Assembly (NCBI GenBank): GCA_037305845.1
Contig: CP147778.1
Span: forward strand, 640,001 to 704,000
Direction: 5' to 3'
Source: Candidatus Freyarchaeum deiterrae
GTDB taxonomy: Archaea; Asgardarchaeota; Jordiarchaeia; Jordiarchaeales; Jordiarchaeaceae
Length of the DNA stretch: 64,000 bases
Positions 38,083-48,791 of this stretch are shown one piece after another. Position numbers and translations under genes: made by a program. Positions within the stretch are counted from its first letter, which is position 1; every line of letters starts with the position of its first letter. The notes under the pieces were generated by a model. That model saw only the letters and a list, made by a program, of their open reading frames with translations, did no database searches and was not told where the DNA came from.

Positions 38083-39522
38083 CTATTTTGCTTGGAATCC
38101 CATTTTTCCCGGGTTCATTATGTTGTTTGGGTCGATTGCTTTTTTGATTGCTTCTAGGACTTGAAATCCTGCTTCTCCGTACTCTTCTCTCATCCATTTT
38201 GCTTTGAGCAGGCCGACGCCGTGATGATGGGCTATTGATCCGCCTAGCTTGTGGCAGGCTTCTAGGCCGTCGTTCCAGATTTCTGTGTACATTTTAAGGG
38301 CCTTTTCTCTGTCCGGTTCTTGAAATGCGAATATTATGTATATGGAGCCTCCTTCCGCGTAGAAGTGGGAGAAGTGGCACATTATGAATACTCCGGGGTG
38401 TTTATCCATTATAGCTTTCTTGACGTTGTAGTAGAGGTCTTCGAGTCTATCCCAGGTTGTTACCACGTCTATTGTGTCTGCGACTAATCCCATTTTCGCT
38501 CGGTCGGGTTGTGGGAAGTACATGTCGTATCTGTGGTCCCACCAGAACTCGGCTAGCTCCTTATCTACCCCTTTGCCTTCGTTTTTGATGCAGATTTCTG
38601 TTATCATTTTTTCCTCAAAGTCTACGAGTTCTTTTACTCCATCTGAGGCTAGGATTAGGTAGCATCCTCCGGGGGGTAGTTGAACCTTACCCTTTAGTGT
38701 GAATACTGTGTCCAGTTCATCGTATAGTCTTATGACTGCGGGTTTTAGCCCTTTTCTAAAGATTTCTCTTATGGTCTCCAGTCCTGTTCGTAGATCCTTC
38801 ATTATGAATGCTCGGAATCGCCTCTCCTCGGGTAGGGGATGTAATCTCAGGGTTACCTCGGTTATTACTCCTAGCGTTCCCTCGGATCCTATGAAAAGCT
38901 GATTTAGGCTGGGCCCGGTTGAGGTTCTGGGGGTGGTTTTGGTGCGCATGATTTCTCCGTTTGGTAGGACTACCTCCATTGAGATTACCATGTCCTCCAT
39001 TTTGCCGTACTTGGAGGAAAGGGAGCCCGCTGAGCGGCAGGCGACAAAACCTCCCAGACAGGAACAGAACATGGATGCGGGAAAGTGTCCCGTGGTGAAG
39101 CCCCGCTTGTTTAGTTCCCTCTCCAGATCTTCCCCTAGTATTCCTGGTTGAACAGTTGCTGTAGCAGATTTTTCGTCTACTCTCAGAATTTTGTCCATTT
39201 TTTTGACGTCGAGTATTATTCCTCCCTGAATGGGTATAATTTGCCCGCAGGCTCCAGCTCCTCCCGCAAATGGGATAACTGGAACATTTTTTGTGTTGGC
39301 CAGTTGCAAAACTTTTGCTATTTGTTCCTTGTTTTCAACATGGACGATGAAGTCTGGTGTGGGCAGTTTTCTACCCAAATCAATCCACATCAAAACCATG
39401 GGCCACGCATCCCTTGAGTAGGATATTTTATCAACTTGAGATACGGAAACATTATCGACTCCAACGATTTTCACAAGCTCGTCATAAATTATACTTTTCA
39501 CAAAATCCAAGTTTTCCTTCAT
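38083..39522 (-). CDS. FAD-linked oxidase, alkyl-dihydroxyacetonephosphate synthase-like
   Basis: GHFPASMFCSCLGGFVACRSAG..S.KYGKMEDMV, GSEGTLGVITE, HFSHFY..G.SIY, AHHHGVG, NPGK. Confidence 0.8.
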   Translation of the reverse strand: MKENLDFVKSIIYDELVKIVGVDNVSVSQVDKISYSRDAWPMVLMWIDLGRKLPTPDFIVHVENKEQIAKVLQLANTKNVPVIPFAGGAGACGQIIPIQGGIILDVKKMDKILRVDEKSATATVQPGILGEDLERELNKRGFTTGHFPASMFCSCLGGFVACRSAGSLSSKYGKMEDMVISMEVVLPNGEIMRTKTTPRTSTGPSLNQLFIGSEGTLGVITEVTLRLHPLPEERRFRAFIMKDLRTGLETIREIFRKGLKPAVIRLYDELDTVFTLKGKVQLPPGGCYLILASDGVKELVDFEEKMITEICIKNEGKGVDKELAEFWWDHRYDMYFPQPDRAKMGLVADTIDVVTTWDRLEDLYYNVKKAIMDKHPGVFIMCHFSHFYAEGGSIYIIFAFQEPDREKALKMYTEIWNDGLEACHKLGGSIAHHHGVGLLKAKWMREEYGEAGFQVLEAIKKAIDPNNIMNPGKMGFQAK

Positions 39523-39664
39523 TCTAATTCACCCATTCTCCAAATCGACTCATATTCTTCTTTAATATAAATAATAATATTATAATTAATCAGAGATTTA
39601 TCGGGAAGAGGAATAAAGGGTATAAGAAAAGTGTTATTTTTGTTTTTTCTTTTTAAGTTACGGT

Positions 39665-40888
39665 TTAGGCCTCGTATAATCTTTTCGCTAGAAAGACTGT
39701 GTAGTCAAGGGCTCCGGTATTGGCTTTCTTTTTGAATAGGGCTTGGTCTAACTGTACTAAACAGAGGGGGCAGGGAGTTACAACTGTTTGGGCACCAGAT
39801 TTTTGAATGCCCTCTATTTCTTTTTTAACAATCGCTTTTGATATTTGGGGATTATACAGGTTTAGTAGTCCACCAGCGCCGCAGCATCTTCCCGGGTCTT
39901 CCAGTTTTTTTAAATCCACGTTTGGCAGCATTTCCAGAATTTCTTCAGCATAATCTGTAGTGTATTTGCCCAAGTGTCTATCTAAGTGGCATGGTGAGTG
40001 TATGGTTACACTTACCTGTTCTGGATGATTTTGGAGCAGCTTTTTGAATTTTTCTTCCCCAATATCCTCGATAATGTATTCTATTATATGTTTCACTTTA
40101 AAGTCAGCATTATTTCTTTGTCTTATATCTTCAAGGGTGGCGGTGCAACCCGCACAGGTGGTAACAACCGTTTTTACGCCTAATTTTTTTACTTTTTCAA
40201 TGAAGTCTTTTTCCAGCTTATCAACCGTTTCCGAGTCACCCATTAGAATTGAGGGAAGACCACAGCACTTTAGGTCGGGGAGTAAGGTGTAATCGGCTCC
40301 CAGTTTTTCCAGCACCAGTTTGGCACTCTCTCTTATTTCTGGGAGAAGATTATCCGCCTGACAGCCCGGAAAATAGAGAACCTCAGCACTGGATTTAACC
40401 TTGTCCGGCACGTAGGGAAGACCCAGTATTTCAAGCCTCCCTTTGGCACTCTCGACTCTTGCATCTTCATCCATTGGTTCAAATGCTAAGCCGTACTTCT
40501 GTAAGTTTTCAAACATAGTCTCAAAGCTTTTGGGAACCAGTTCTCTTCTCTGCTGGAACAGTTTTGACCGGATTAGGCTTACCACTTTTGGTACCGGCAC
40601 GTTTTTTGGGCAGATTTCTTGGCAGCGTCCACACTCTGTGCAATAGTACACTACGTCTTTCGCTTTCCAGAATTCTCTCACGGTTCGCGAGAGTTCGCTG
40701 GTTATGCTTCTGGGACCAGGGTAGGATTCGTGTTGAAGAACTTCCAGGATTGGGCAAACTGTTAAGCATAATCCGCAGTTTTGACAGGCTTCAACTTTTC
40801 TGCATATCTCATTCTCTTCTGGTTCTATCAGCGTTATGTCTTCTTCCTTCATTACGCCCTCTATTTGTTTCATCTCTTTTTCAGGCAT
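39665..40888 (-). CDS. glpC: Anaerobic glycerol-3-phosphate dehydrogenase subunit C-like Fe-S protein
   Basis: Two CxxCxxCxxxCP ferredoxin motifs plus two CCG domains; downstream of glpB. Confidence 0.75.
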   Translation of the reverse strand: MPEKEMKQIEGVMKEEDITLIEPEENEICRKVEACQNCGLCLTVCPILEVLQHESYPGPRSITSELSRTVREFWKAKDVVYYCTECGRCQEICPKNVPVPKVVSLIRSKLFQQRRELVPKSFETMFENLQKYGLAFEPMDEDARVESAKGRLEILGLPYVPDKVKSSAEVLYFPGCQADNLLPEIRESAKLVLEKLGADYTLLPDLKCCGLPSILMGDSETVDKLEKDFIEKVKKLGVKTVVTTCAGCTATLEDIRQRNNADFKVKHIIEYIIEDIGEEKFKKLLQNHPEQVSVTIHSPCHLDRHLGKYTTDYAEEILEMLPNVDLKKLEDPGRCCGAGGLLNLYNPQISKAIVKKEIEGIQKSGAQTVVTPCPLCLVQLDQALFKKKANTGALDYTVFLAKRLYEA

Positions 40889-40910
40889 TCTTTTTCTCCT
40901 CCTAAACCAA

Positions 40911-42245
40911 CTAACTTGATGCGTTCAGCCCAGCTAGGTAACCCGTGGCTATGGCTACACCCATTCCGCTCTTCTCCGCGATGTAATTGTACCCGGAGAG
41001 TATAGAACCTGCCGCGTACAAGTTACTATATACTGGTTCCCCATCAACAGATATGGGTTGCAGTTTTTCGTTAACATTGATTCCACTGGAAAATAGCTGA
41101 TGTCCTTCCTTTGGAAAGACGTTCCTATTCAGCAATTTTTCCAAGTTCACTTCCGCCAAGTTTTCACCCTCACTACTGTAAACTGGCAGATTGAATATTG
41201 ACTCCTTGAGGAAATCTTTTTCTTCTTTTAGTCCTCCACCGAGGAAACCGCCCGAAGCTAGTATGTACGCGTCGGCTTCGATTTCATCTATTTTTCTGCC
41301 CATCTCCACTTTTAGACTTTTCACCATTTTATTATAGCTTGCACCAACAACTTTGTATCCCCGCCTAACACTCGCACCAGCAATCTGGGCCGCCTTTTCA
41401 AGACGCGTCGCAAGCCGGTATCCTGGGACGGATGGGGGAAAGGATGTGAGCTCGAAAATGTTTGCTCCCGTGGCCTCTGCTAGGGTCTTAAGGTTCTCCT
41501 CGGGAGATTCAATTCCCGCTGTAGGGATGGCGATGTGGTCTGCGGGCTTTGCACTTTTTTGAAGGTTTTGCCCTATCTTTTCAAGTTTCTCCGGATCATC
41601 CATTATTCGTGCGATTTCTATAGCCAGTATGTCACTTCTTCCCTCTAGACCAGGAATATCCAAATATGCGTGGTTCACAGATTTGGGTTTAATTTCAAGA
41701 TGGGGCGCTATATCGGAGAATGATTGAGCGCAGAACTTTGAATCATAGTCGGGGAAGCCTTTCACTCCTACAAAGACTACCGAGGAGTTGTCGAGTTTTT
41801 TTAGGTTACCATGATAGATTGTCGATTGACAGAGACAGGTGGGCTTAAACGTACCCACAAAATTTGTCACCAGAACGTTTTCATCGAGGGAACCCATAAA
41901 ATTGGCTCCCGCAGAGTTCATACTTTCAACAAAATCCTTCAAAGCTTTCCGTACTAGTTCTTCGGATTCCTTCGCTCTTTTCTCCGGCTCAGTTTTTGGG
42001 CCCCCGCCAATAATTGAGTACGGGTGATTCTTATTCTCGCGGGCAATAGTGCGTACTCCCTCGGATGCGGAGGAGAACATATTGCTGCAGGGAAAATATC
42101 CCGCTACATCAATCACGCCCGATGATTGTATGGTGGCTCCAGAACCCTTTTCCACAACGAGAACTTTGAGACCCTCTTCCGCCACTTTTCTTGCGGCTGT
42201 TAGCCCAGCGGCTCCGGCTCCTATAACAAGGACATCAACTTTCAT
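40911..42245 (-). CDS. glpB: Anaerobic glycerol-3-phosphate dehydrogenase subunit B-like
   Basis: VIGAGAAG, SSGVID, GTFKPT, PPSVPGYRL, NLYAAGS, GVAIATG. Confidence 0.85.
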   Translation of the reverse strand: MKVDVLVIGAGAAGLTAARKVAEEGLKVLVVEKGSGATIQSSGVIDVAGYFPCSNMFSSASEGVRTIARENKNHPYSIIGGGPKTEPEKRAKESEELVRKALKDFVESMNSAGANFMGSLDENVLVTNFVGTFKPTCLCQSTIYHGNLKKLDNSSVVFVGVKGFPDYDSKFCAQSFSDIAPHLEIKPKSVNHAYLDIPGLEGRSDILAIEIARIMDDPEKLEKIGQNLQKSAKPADHIAIPTAGIESPEENLKTLAEATGANIFELTSFPPSVPGYRLATRLEKAAQIAGASVRRGYKVVGASYNKMVKSLKVEMGRKIDEIEADAYILASGGFLGGGLKEEKDFLKESIFNLPVYSSEGENLAEVNLEKLLNRNVFPKEGHQLFSSGINVNEKLQPISVDGEPVYSNLYAAGSILSGYNYIAEKSGMGVAIATGYLAGLNASS

Positions 42246-42248
42246 CGC

Positions 42249-43901
42249 TCAGTCCTCCTTCCAGAAGAAGTCTGGTAGATTATCGTAGTTTGCGATGCCG
42301 GCGTATATGGCCTGGTTGAGTTCTTCCTCGCTTACCTGGTCTCCGCGGAGGAGGACACATTTTCCCTTCCATCTTTCTTGGGCGAATTCTAAAGCATCCC
42401 TGTGGGCTTGCTCTGGACTCAGATTAAGCTCCTCGGCGATGACGCTCATAGCTTTGAAGTCGCAGAAAGTGCTCTGGCAGGGACCCATCCCCAATCTCAC
42501 TCTTCTGCGAAGATCGTTCAGGCAGGTTACGAACTCATTTCGTATAGAATATCGTATCTCAGCCTCTGTTATGGATTCGCATACGCAGATGGTGGACTTG
42601 TATTCGGGGTTTTCTCGAGTGAGCTTGAGGATTTCTGGAGTGTTGGATCCGTGCCTGCTTGCTATCCGACCTACAGTGTATGTGGGCATATTATATTCCT
42701 CTGCCAATAATTCTATGTCAACATCCCCTTCTGCGCCGGGTAGGGGTTCTATGTGAGTCCTACACTCTGCCTCAACTCCTAGTTTCTGGCATATGAGGTC
42801 GGTCATTTTTTCAGCCATTATACGGTAGATTACCAGTTTTCCTCCCTCAAAACTCACGATTCCCGATACTCCATCGCGTTCATCATGATCGATTAGCTTG
42901 AAATTGCGTGTGGCTTCGTCTTCGGTTATCCACCATTCGGGTAGCATGGGTCGCACGCCGCACATGGTTCGAGTAATCCGTGCGTCCCTGATGGAGGGTA
43001 CGGCTGCCTCTATACTGGATATGAGATATTCCGCATCATCGTAGCTGGTTTCTGCATCGTCCGGGTTTCCGAAAATGTCCCAGGCGGTGGTGCCCAGAAG
43101 CGTGGTGGAGAAATGGGGAAATAGATAAACGGTTCTTCCATCCAGAGCTCTGCAGACTACCCCTACCCCGGTTATTCTTCGGTCGAAGATAATGTGCGAT
43201 CCCTTGTTGAGTCTGAGGGGCTGATTTATGTCAGCCATTTTTGAAATTCGGGGCACCCAAGGTGCCGCACAGTTAGCGACAAACTTCCCACGAATTTCTT
43301 GGACCTCTCCGGTTTTTTTGTCCTTTACTCTAACGCCCTTAACTCGGTCGCCCTCTCTAATAACATCGATAACTTCGGTGTAATTGCGAACAACGGCACC
43401 GTGGTTCTTAGCGGATAGGGCGTTCAGCATGCAGAGCCTGAAGGGGTCTATAAACATCTCATCAAAATAGGCGGCTAGAAGTATTTTGTCGCTCAGTTTG
43501 GGTTCGATTTTCCTCGCTTCCTCCTTACTTATCAGCGTAATCGGACTTCCGCCTCGAAGAGCGGTGAACTGACTGTAATCCGTTTTCTTTGAAGTTCTAG
43601 CCTTTAGGTCGATATCATTCAGGATCGCGGTAATGATAGGAAGGCGGAAAACAATGTGTTTCGCAATCTTCTGCAGGTGCACAACCTCTTTGGTACACAG
43701 GGCAACCATTTCCGGCTCATCCAGATACTTGACACCGCCCGATATCATGCCCCCACAGGCACCAGCGGTACCTGAAGCGAAATCGTTTCTCTCAAATAGA
43801 ATAGTTTTCAGTCCACGCATAGCGCAGTCACGAGCAGTACCAGCACCAGAAGACCCGCCACCAATTACAATAACATCATACTCATCATTCAAGCAAGACA
43901 T
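42249..43901 (-). CDS. glpA: Anaerobic glycerol-3-phosphate dehydrogenase subunit A-like
   Basis: IGGGSSGAGTARD.AMRG, GVRP, GGKL..YR.MAE, C-terminal CVCE...RLGMGPCQ..FC (BFD-like). Confidence 0.85.
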   Translation of the reverse strand: MSCLNDEYDVIVIGGGSSGAGTARDCAMRGLKTILFERNDFASGTAGACGGMISGGVKYLDEPEMVALCTKEVVHLQKIAKHIVFRLPIITAILNDIDLKARTSKKTDYSQFTALRGGSPITLISKEEARKIEPKLSDKILLAAYFDEMFIDPFRLCMLNALSAKNHGAVVRNYTEVIDVIREGDRVKGVRVKDKKTGEVQEIRGKFVANCAAPWVPRISKMADINQPLRLNKGSHIIFDRRITGVGVVCRALDGRTVYLFPHFSTTLLGTTAWDIFGNPDDAETSYDDAEYLISSIEAAVPSIRDARITRTMCGVRPMLPEWWITEDEATRNFKLIDHDERDGVSGIVSFEGGKLVIYRIMAEKMTDLICQKLGVEAECRTHIEPLPGAEGDVDIELLAEEYNMPTYTVGRIASRHGSNTPEILKLTRENPEYKSTICVCESITEAEIRYSIRNEFVTCLNDLRRRVRLGMGPCQSTFCDFKAMSVIAEELNLSPEQAHRDALEFAQERWKGKCVLLRGDQVSEEELNQAIYAGIANYDNLPDFFWKED

Positions 43902-44053
43902 CTCCCAAAATTAAAAACAGAGTATGTAATAATAAATTGATGTTGGAAACGGATAAAAATTTCGGAACTTCCAACCATTTGGGTGGGAGCCACATGTAGC
44001 ACCCCCATTTGGCTATTTATTTTATTCCTTTAAAAAGTTAATTACACTAACAC

Positions 44054-44170
44054 TTAGCTTCCTCTACAGAGAAACTCATCTATTCTCTCGGATGCGTCTT
44101 TTACTCCCCAATCCTTTGGTTTTTTAGGAATTTTCCACGCATAATCCTCCACCAGAGGAGCTAAATCGCG
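44054..44170 (-). pseudogene. Probable antitoxin C-terminal remnant
   Basis: KPKDWGVKDASERIDEFL resembles the D.G..D.SE..D.YLY ending of archaeal antitoxins; no convincing N-terminus or toxin partner. Confidence 0.4.
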
Positions 44171-44273
44171 TAATAGAAATTCATCCTTTCGTTTTACCGC
44201 AAAAAAATGGAAAAATATGGAGAATACGGATAGTTTGTTACGTATTCTCAATTGTTTTGAATTTTTGTATTTA

Positions 44274-45752
44274 TTATTCTCCCGCCATTACTTTTGCGAA
44301 TCCACCAAGCAGTCGCTCCATGAATTTGGGTTGGTACGCGTTGTAGATTTTTTGGTTCTCGGGTTGGGGCATTCTTTCTTCAAGTATTTTTATCATAGAA
44401 TCCACAGCTGCGTCTATTCCGCTGTAGCAACCAGTTCCACTGCTGGTCAGTATGGCTGCTCCTACGGAGGTTGAGTCGGCTAATTGGGGTACCACGACTT
44501 TCTTTCCTACGATGTCTGCTTGTATCTGTCTCCAGAGGGGGGATCTGGCTCCGCCGCCGTCTATGCGTAGCTCGTTGATATTGACTCCCATTCCTGCCAT
44601 AAGGTCTGTCATTCCACGCATTCCGTATGATGTTCCTTCCATTATGGCTCTGGCGATGTGTCTTCTGGTGTGTGCGAAGGAAAGGTTCACGATTTCTCCC
44701 TTAGCGAAATTGAATAGGGGAATTACGAACAATCCTGCTGCTCCCGGTTTCACGGTTTCTGCTTGGTCTTCGATTATGGCGTAGGGGTCTATTCCCATGT
44801 TTTGTGCCAGAGTTTTTTCCTGATGACAGAATTCGTCGCGGAACCATTTCAGAATGGCTCCTGTGCCAGGTAAGACTCCCTCCAGAACCCAGCGGCCTTT
44901 TAAAACGTGAGGCAGCGTGAATAGGATATTCAGTGGATCGTATATGGGTTTTTCTAGATTCGCGTCTACGAATGTTCCAGTCCCGGTGGTCGCCTTAGCC
45001 ACGCCTTCATTGATTGCCCCCACACCCAAGCATGCACATTGCTGGTCGCCTCCACCAACTACGACTGGGGTCCCAGCAGCTAAACCGGTGTAGTCTGCAG
45101 CTTCTTCGATCACCTCTCCAATGACGGTTCCTGCTTGGTAGAGATCCGGCCACATGTCTACGGGTATTCCGAATTCTTCTGCCATGTCGTCGGACCATTT
45201 CATGGTTTCTGGGTCTAGGATGCCGTATGTGGAGTTTGAGTAGTCTGAACCGTAATTTCCGGTGAGTTTGAAGTATATGTAGGAGTCGGTGCTTACCAGC
45301 TTGTGTGCTTTTTCGAAAATGTGAGGATAGTTATCTTTTATCCAGTAAATTTTTTGTAGGGAGATTCTGACGTTCTTTTGGGCAACCTTTTGTCTTATAG
45401 CCTTGTATGAGTCGGATTCCCTGGCATCCATCCAGGTGAGCGCGGGATATAGCACCTCACCGTTTTTATCTAGGGGGCTTATAGCTGCTCTCTGGGTGCA
45501 AACGCCGAGTCCCACTATGTCTTTGGAGTTTATTCTTGCTCTTCTTAAGGCTTCTTTCATAGTTTCTCCGCTGGTTCTCCACCAATCCTGAGGATTCTGT
45601 TCCGATTGCTGAGGGATGTCGGACTTGGTTGGGTATTCGGTGTAGGATGTGCCTATTGTTCGGGCTTCAAGGTCGTATATAATGGAGCGGGTTCCTGTTG
45701 TTCCAATATCCAGAATTGCTATGTATTGACCTCTCTCACTCATGAATTTCAC
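44274..45752 (-). CDS. FGGY-family carbohydrate kinase (glycerol kinase/xylulokinase-like)
   Basis: LDIGTTGTRS, EQNP, QRA, W.DAR, GDQQ, GTGTF, DGGGARS. Confidence 0.9.
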   Translation of the reverse strand: MKFMSERGQYIAILDIGTTGTRSIIYDLEARTIGTSYTEYPTKSDIPQQSEQNPQDWWRTSGETMKEALRRARINSKDIVGLGVCTQRAAISPLDKNGEVLYPALTWMDARESDSYKAIRQKVAQKNVRISLQKIYWIKDNYPHIFEKAHKLVSTDSYIYFKLTGNYGSDYSNSTYGILDPETMKWSDDMAEEFGIPVDMWPDLYQAGTVIGEVIEEAADYTGLAAGTPVVVGGGDQQCACLGVGAINEGVAKATTGTGTFVDANLEKPIYDPLNILFTLPHVLKGRWVLEGVLPGTGAILKWFRDEFCHQEKTLAQNMGIDPYAIIEDQAETVKPGAAGLFVIPLFNFAKGEIVNLSFAHTRRHIARAIMEGTSYGMRGMTDLMAGMGVNINELRIDGGGARSPLWRQIQADIVGKKVVVPQLADSTSVGAAILTSSGTGCYSGIDAAVDSMIKILEERMPQPENQKIYNAYQPKFMERLLGGFAKVMAGE

Positions 45753-45930
45753 CTAAAAAGTTTAATACACATCTTTTTATTTATTGCATCAGATATTTAA
45801 CAATTCTTATTCATCGTGCTTCTATTGATGGAAATGATATTAGCGTGTCTTTACTCAAACAACCTGATTTGTAAAACACGAATGAGTTTCTTCCAGCCTT
45901 TAAAAAAAGATGGATTCTCCTTGAAGTGGT

Positions 45931-46629
45931 TTGATGAGGATAGTAGATGAGTTAATTGACGGAGTCTTTCTAGAGAGGGTCAACAAGTTTCTCACAATAA
46001 TCGAGGTAAACAAAACCAGAGTCCCTTGTTTCTTGCCTGACCCGGGTAGATTGCAGGAGTTACTTTACCCAGGCGTGAGGGTTCTATTAGCAGATAGACA
46101 AAAAGAGAATAGGAAGACTCGTTATGATTTAATCGCGGTCTATTACGGTGACCAGTTGATATCTATGGATTCTAGGATACCGAACAAGCTTGTTTTAGAG
46201 GCCCTAGAAAACAAGTTTTTTGACGAGTTCCGGGAGTATTCAACCATTACTCCCGAGTTTAAATTTCATGAAAGTAGACTCGACTTCTTATTGGAGAATG
46301 GAGACAAAAAATGTTTAATCGAAGTGAAATCTTGCACCACTGTCATAGACGGGGTGGCTCTTTTTCCCAGTGCTCCCACTCTTCGGGGCAGGAGACACCT
46401 AATGGAGCTTATGAGGGCCCTGAGGGAGGGTTACAGGAGCTGTATTCTTTTTGTGGTGCAGAGAACTGATGCTAGTGTACTGCGGCCCTATGATTTAATC
46501 GACCATAAATTCGGTGAAACATTAAGAGAAGCATCCAGCCGAGGCGTAGAAGTTTATGCCTATTTTTCAGAATTTGGGGGAAAAGAAATAACTATTAGGG
46601 GAAAAATTCCTGTAGATTTAACTATATGA
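45931..46629 (+). CDS. sfsA: DNA/RNA nuclease SfsA
   Basis: RVNKF, PDPGRLQELL, SRLDFLL, IEVKSCT, FPSAPTLRGRRHL. Confidence 0.92.
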   Translation: MMRIVDELIDGVFLERVNKFLTIIEVNKTRVPCFLPDPGRLQELLYPGVRVLLADRQKENRKTRYDLIAVYYGDQLISMDSRIPNKLVLEALENKFFDEFREYSTITPEFKFHESRLDFLLENGDKKCLIEVKSCTTVIDGVALFPSAPTLRGRRHLMELMRALREGYRSCILFVVQRTDASVLRPYDLIDHKFGETLREASSRGVEVYAYFSEFGGKEITIRGKIPVDLTI

Positions 46630-46646
46630 AAAAAATTGGGTGGCGT

Positions 46647-47327
46647 TTAGACCTCGAATATTTTTCCTCTGCATTCTGACTCACCGCATTCGTCCAGTTT
46701 ATAGTCCAAGTGTTTCTTTGTAATGATTTCCGGCCCAAAAATGGTGATTGATAGATATATGCATTCCACACCTCCAACTCGGCGTAATATACCCTCGTTC
46801 AACAAAGCATCGCAGGCATCCTTGTACATGCAATTAGGTACTATTATGATTGCTTGATTGTTTTCTCCCCTAATGTGACGTGGCGGAAAAGCTGTTTTAA
46901 CTGCTTTAAACACAACTGGTTCAAGTGTCTTCTGAGCCTTGTAATCGGCTTCGAATATATCTTCGGTGGCCCCGATTAAACTGTTTAACAGACCACTACT
47001 CTCAAGTACAGTTTTCATACCACCATATGCGGCTCTTCTGGAACCCGACCCTGAGGCTCCCTGGAGTTCGCTGTCCGCTCTGATGACACCGTAGCAAAAG
47101 GCGTTGTATCCGAGGGGATACCGGTCCAGATTCGCTATTATGTAGTTTATGACTTCCTCTAGGCCTTGGATGTTTTCAGGCTGCTTTTCTTTCAGCTTCT
47201 CCGCTTCGAATTTTAACGCAAACTCTGTCATCATCCGTATAAAAATGGGACCGAATAGTTTTGCGGTCTCCTCGGCCGCGATTTTTATAGTAAGTAAAAT
47301 ATTTTGGCTATCAGGCTCACTATCCAT
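46647..47327 (-). CDS. V4R/MetOD1-like Cys4 protein, array copy 1
   Basis: Conserved LxGPIF.RM..E.AL.FEA, CxYKDAC, GG.EC, DY.L....ECxG.IFEV; frame stays open up to ATA at 47375. Confidence 0.75.
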   Translation of the reverse strand: MDSEPDSQNILLTIKIAAEETAKLFGPIFIRMMTEFALKFEAEKLKEKQPENIQGLEEVINYIIANLDRYPLGYNAFCYGVIRADSELQGASGSGSRRAAYGGMKTVLESSGLLNSLIGATEDIFEADYKAQKTLEPVVFKAVKTAFPPRHIRGENNQAIIIVPNCMYKDACDALLNEGILRRVGGVECIYLSITIFGPEIITKKHLDYKLDECGESECRGKIFEV

Positions 47328-47745
47328 GATAAATTCATTTTTACTATTAAACGTGATAACCTCACCTTCTGCTATAATTTAGGGATATTTTCTCTCACTT
47401 TTTGTGTTGTTGGTGGTATATTACTTAATCTATATTTATTAATATTCAATATCAATAATATAATCTTCTTATAATGCATTTAAAATTTTATCACGAGTAG
47501 ATTCTTCTATATTTTCGTTATTACTCCTTAATCATGAAGATATCATCAGGGATTAAAATTAAGTCCCCTCCAATTGGAATCCCCTCACTGGGAATCGGAT
47601 TTTCTCGAATTGTTATTCCAGATTCTCTTTTTTGATATTGATTTTCTCTTCTTCTAGTTTGTTGCTTGTTTTAATTATGAATGGCATAGGTTTTTCTCTT
47701 TTTGGAGAACCACTCTCTTCAAATTGCTTTCTTCTTTGAGGGTTA

Positions 47746-47907
47746 TTTTAGGCATAAAATTATTTAATGGGGGGTTGTTCAGTTTTGAAGTGTATGTTTT
47801 CGGTGAAACGAAATGAAGAAATTCGATTTCCATATGCCTATTTTTCAGAATCAGTGGGAAAAGAAATAGCTATTCGAGGGAAGATACCATGGACCTATTC
47901 AAATGAG
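47746..47907 (+). repeat. Array spacer element copy 1 (PHP 5' region fused to sfsA 3' end)
   Basis: ttttaggcataaaattatttaatggggg...atgaagaaattcgatttccat joined to atgcctatttttcagaa...gggaaaagaaata. Confidence 0.85.
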
Positions 47908-47942
47908 TTACTTTAAATAATCATAAATCCCTTAGCGTGTGT

Positions 47943-48659
47943 TTAGACCTCGAACATTCTTCCCTTGCACTCGGGTTTATCAAGTTCTTCCAGTTTATAA
48001 TCTAGGTGTTTTTTTGTTATGATTTCCGGTCCAAAAATGGTAAGTATTAGATATATGCATTCCATGCCTCCTACTAGGCGTGATATACCTTCGTTAAGCA
48101 GAGCTTCGCAGGCATCCTTGTAAGCACAATTGGGTACTGCTACGATTACCTGATTATTCTTTCCCCTGATGTGGCGTGACGTAACAGCTGTTTTAATCGC
48201 TTTGAATATCTCCAGAGACTTGCAATTGGCTTCGAATATATCTTCGGTGGTTCCGATTACACCGTTCAACAGACCGCTGCCCTCGAGTACAGATTTCATG
48301 CCACTGTAGGCGGCTCTTCTGGAACCCGACCCTGTGGAACCTTGGAGTTTGCTGTCCGCTCTGGCTATGCCGTAGATCAGGGCGTTGTATCCTCTGGGGT
48401 ACCGGTTTAAGTTCGCTGTAATGTAATTCGTTACTGCGTCCAGTCCCTGGATGTTTTCTGGTGGTTTTTCTTTCAGCATTCTAGCCTCAAACTTGAGTGC
48501 GTACTCCGACACCATGCGGGTAAAAATGGGACCGTATAGTTTTGAAGTCTCCTCGACCGCAGTTTTTGCGGCAAATAAAACAGTTTGGCTATCGGGCTCG
48601 CATTCCACAACATATTCATTTTTACTATTAGACGTATTGATAACCTCACTTTCTTCCAT
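47943..48659 (-). CDS. V4R/MetOD1-like Cys4 protein, array copy 2
   Basis: Same motifs as copy 1. Confidence 0.8.
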   Translation of the reverse strand: MEESEVINTSNSKNEYVVECEPDSQTVLFAAKTAVEETSKLYGPIFTRMVSEYALKFEARMLKEKPPENIQGLDAVTNYITANLNRYPRGYNALIYGIARADSKLQGSTGSGSRRAAYSGMKSVLEGSGLLNGVIGTTEDIFEANCKSLEIFKAIKTAVTSRHIRGKNNQVIVAVPNCAYKDACEALLNEGISRLVGGMECIYLILTIFGPEIITKKHLDYKLEELDKPECKGRMFEV

Positions 48660-48791
48660 AATTTGGGCAGATATTTTCTCTCACTTTATGTGTTGTTGGA
48701 TAGTCAATATTTAATAGGGTTAAAAATGACTTAAATTTTGTTATCACTGAGTAGTGTCTATATCCAAATTACTTAATTATTTGGAGATCGT

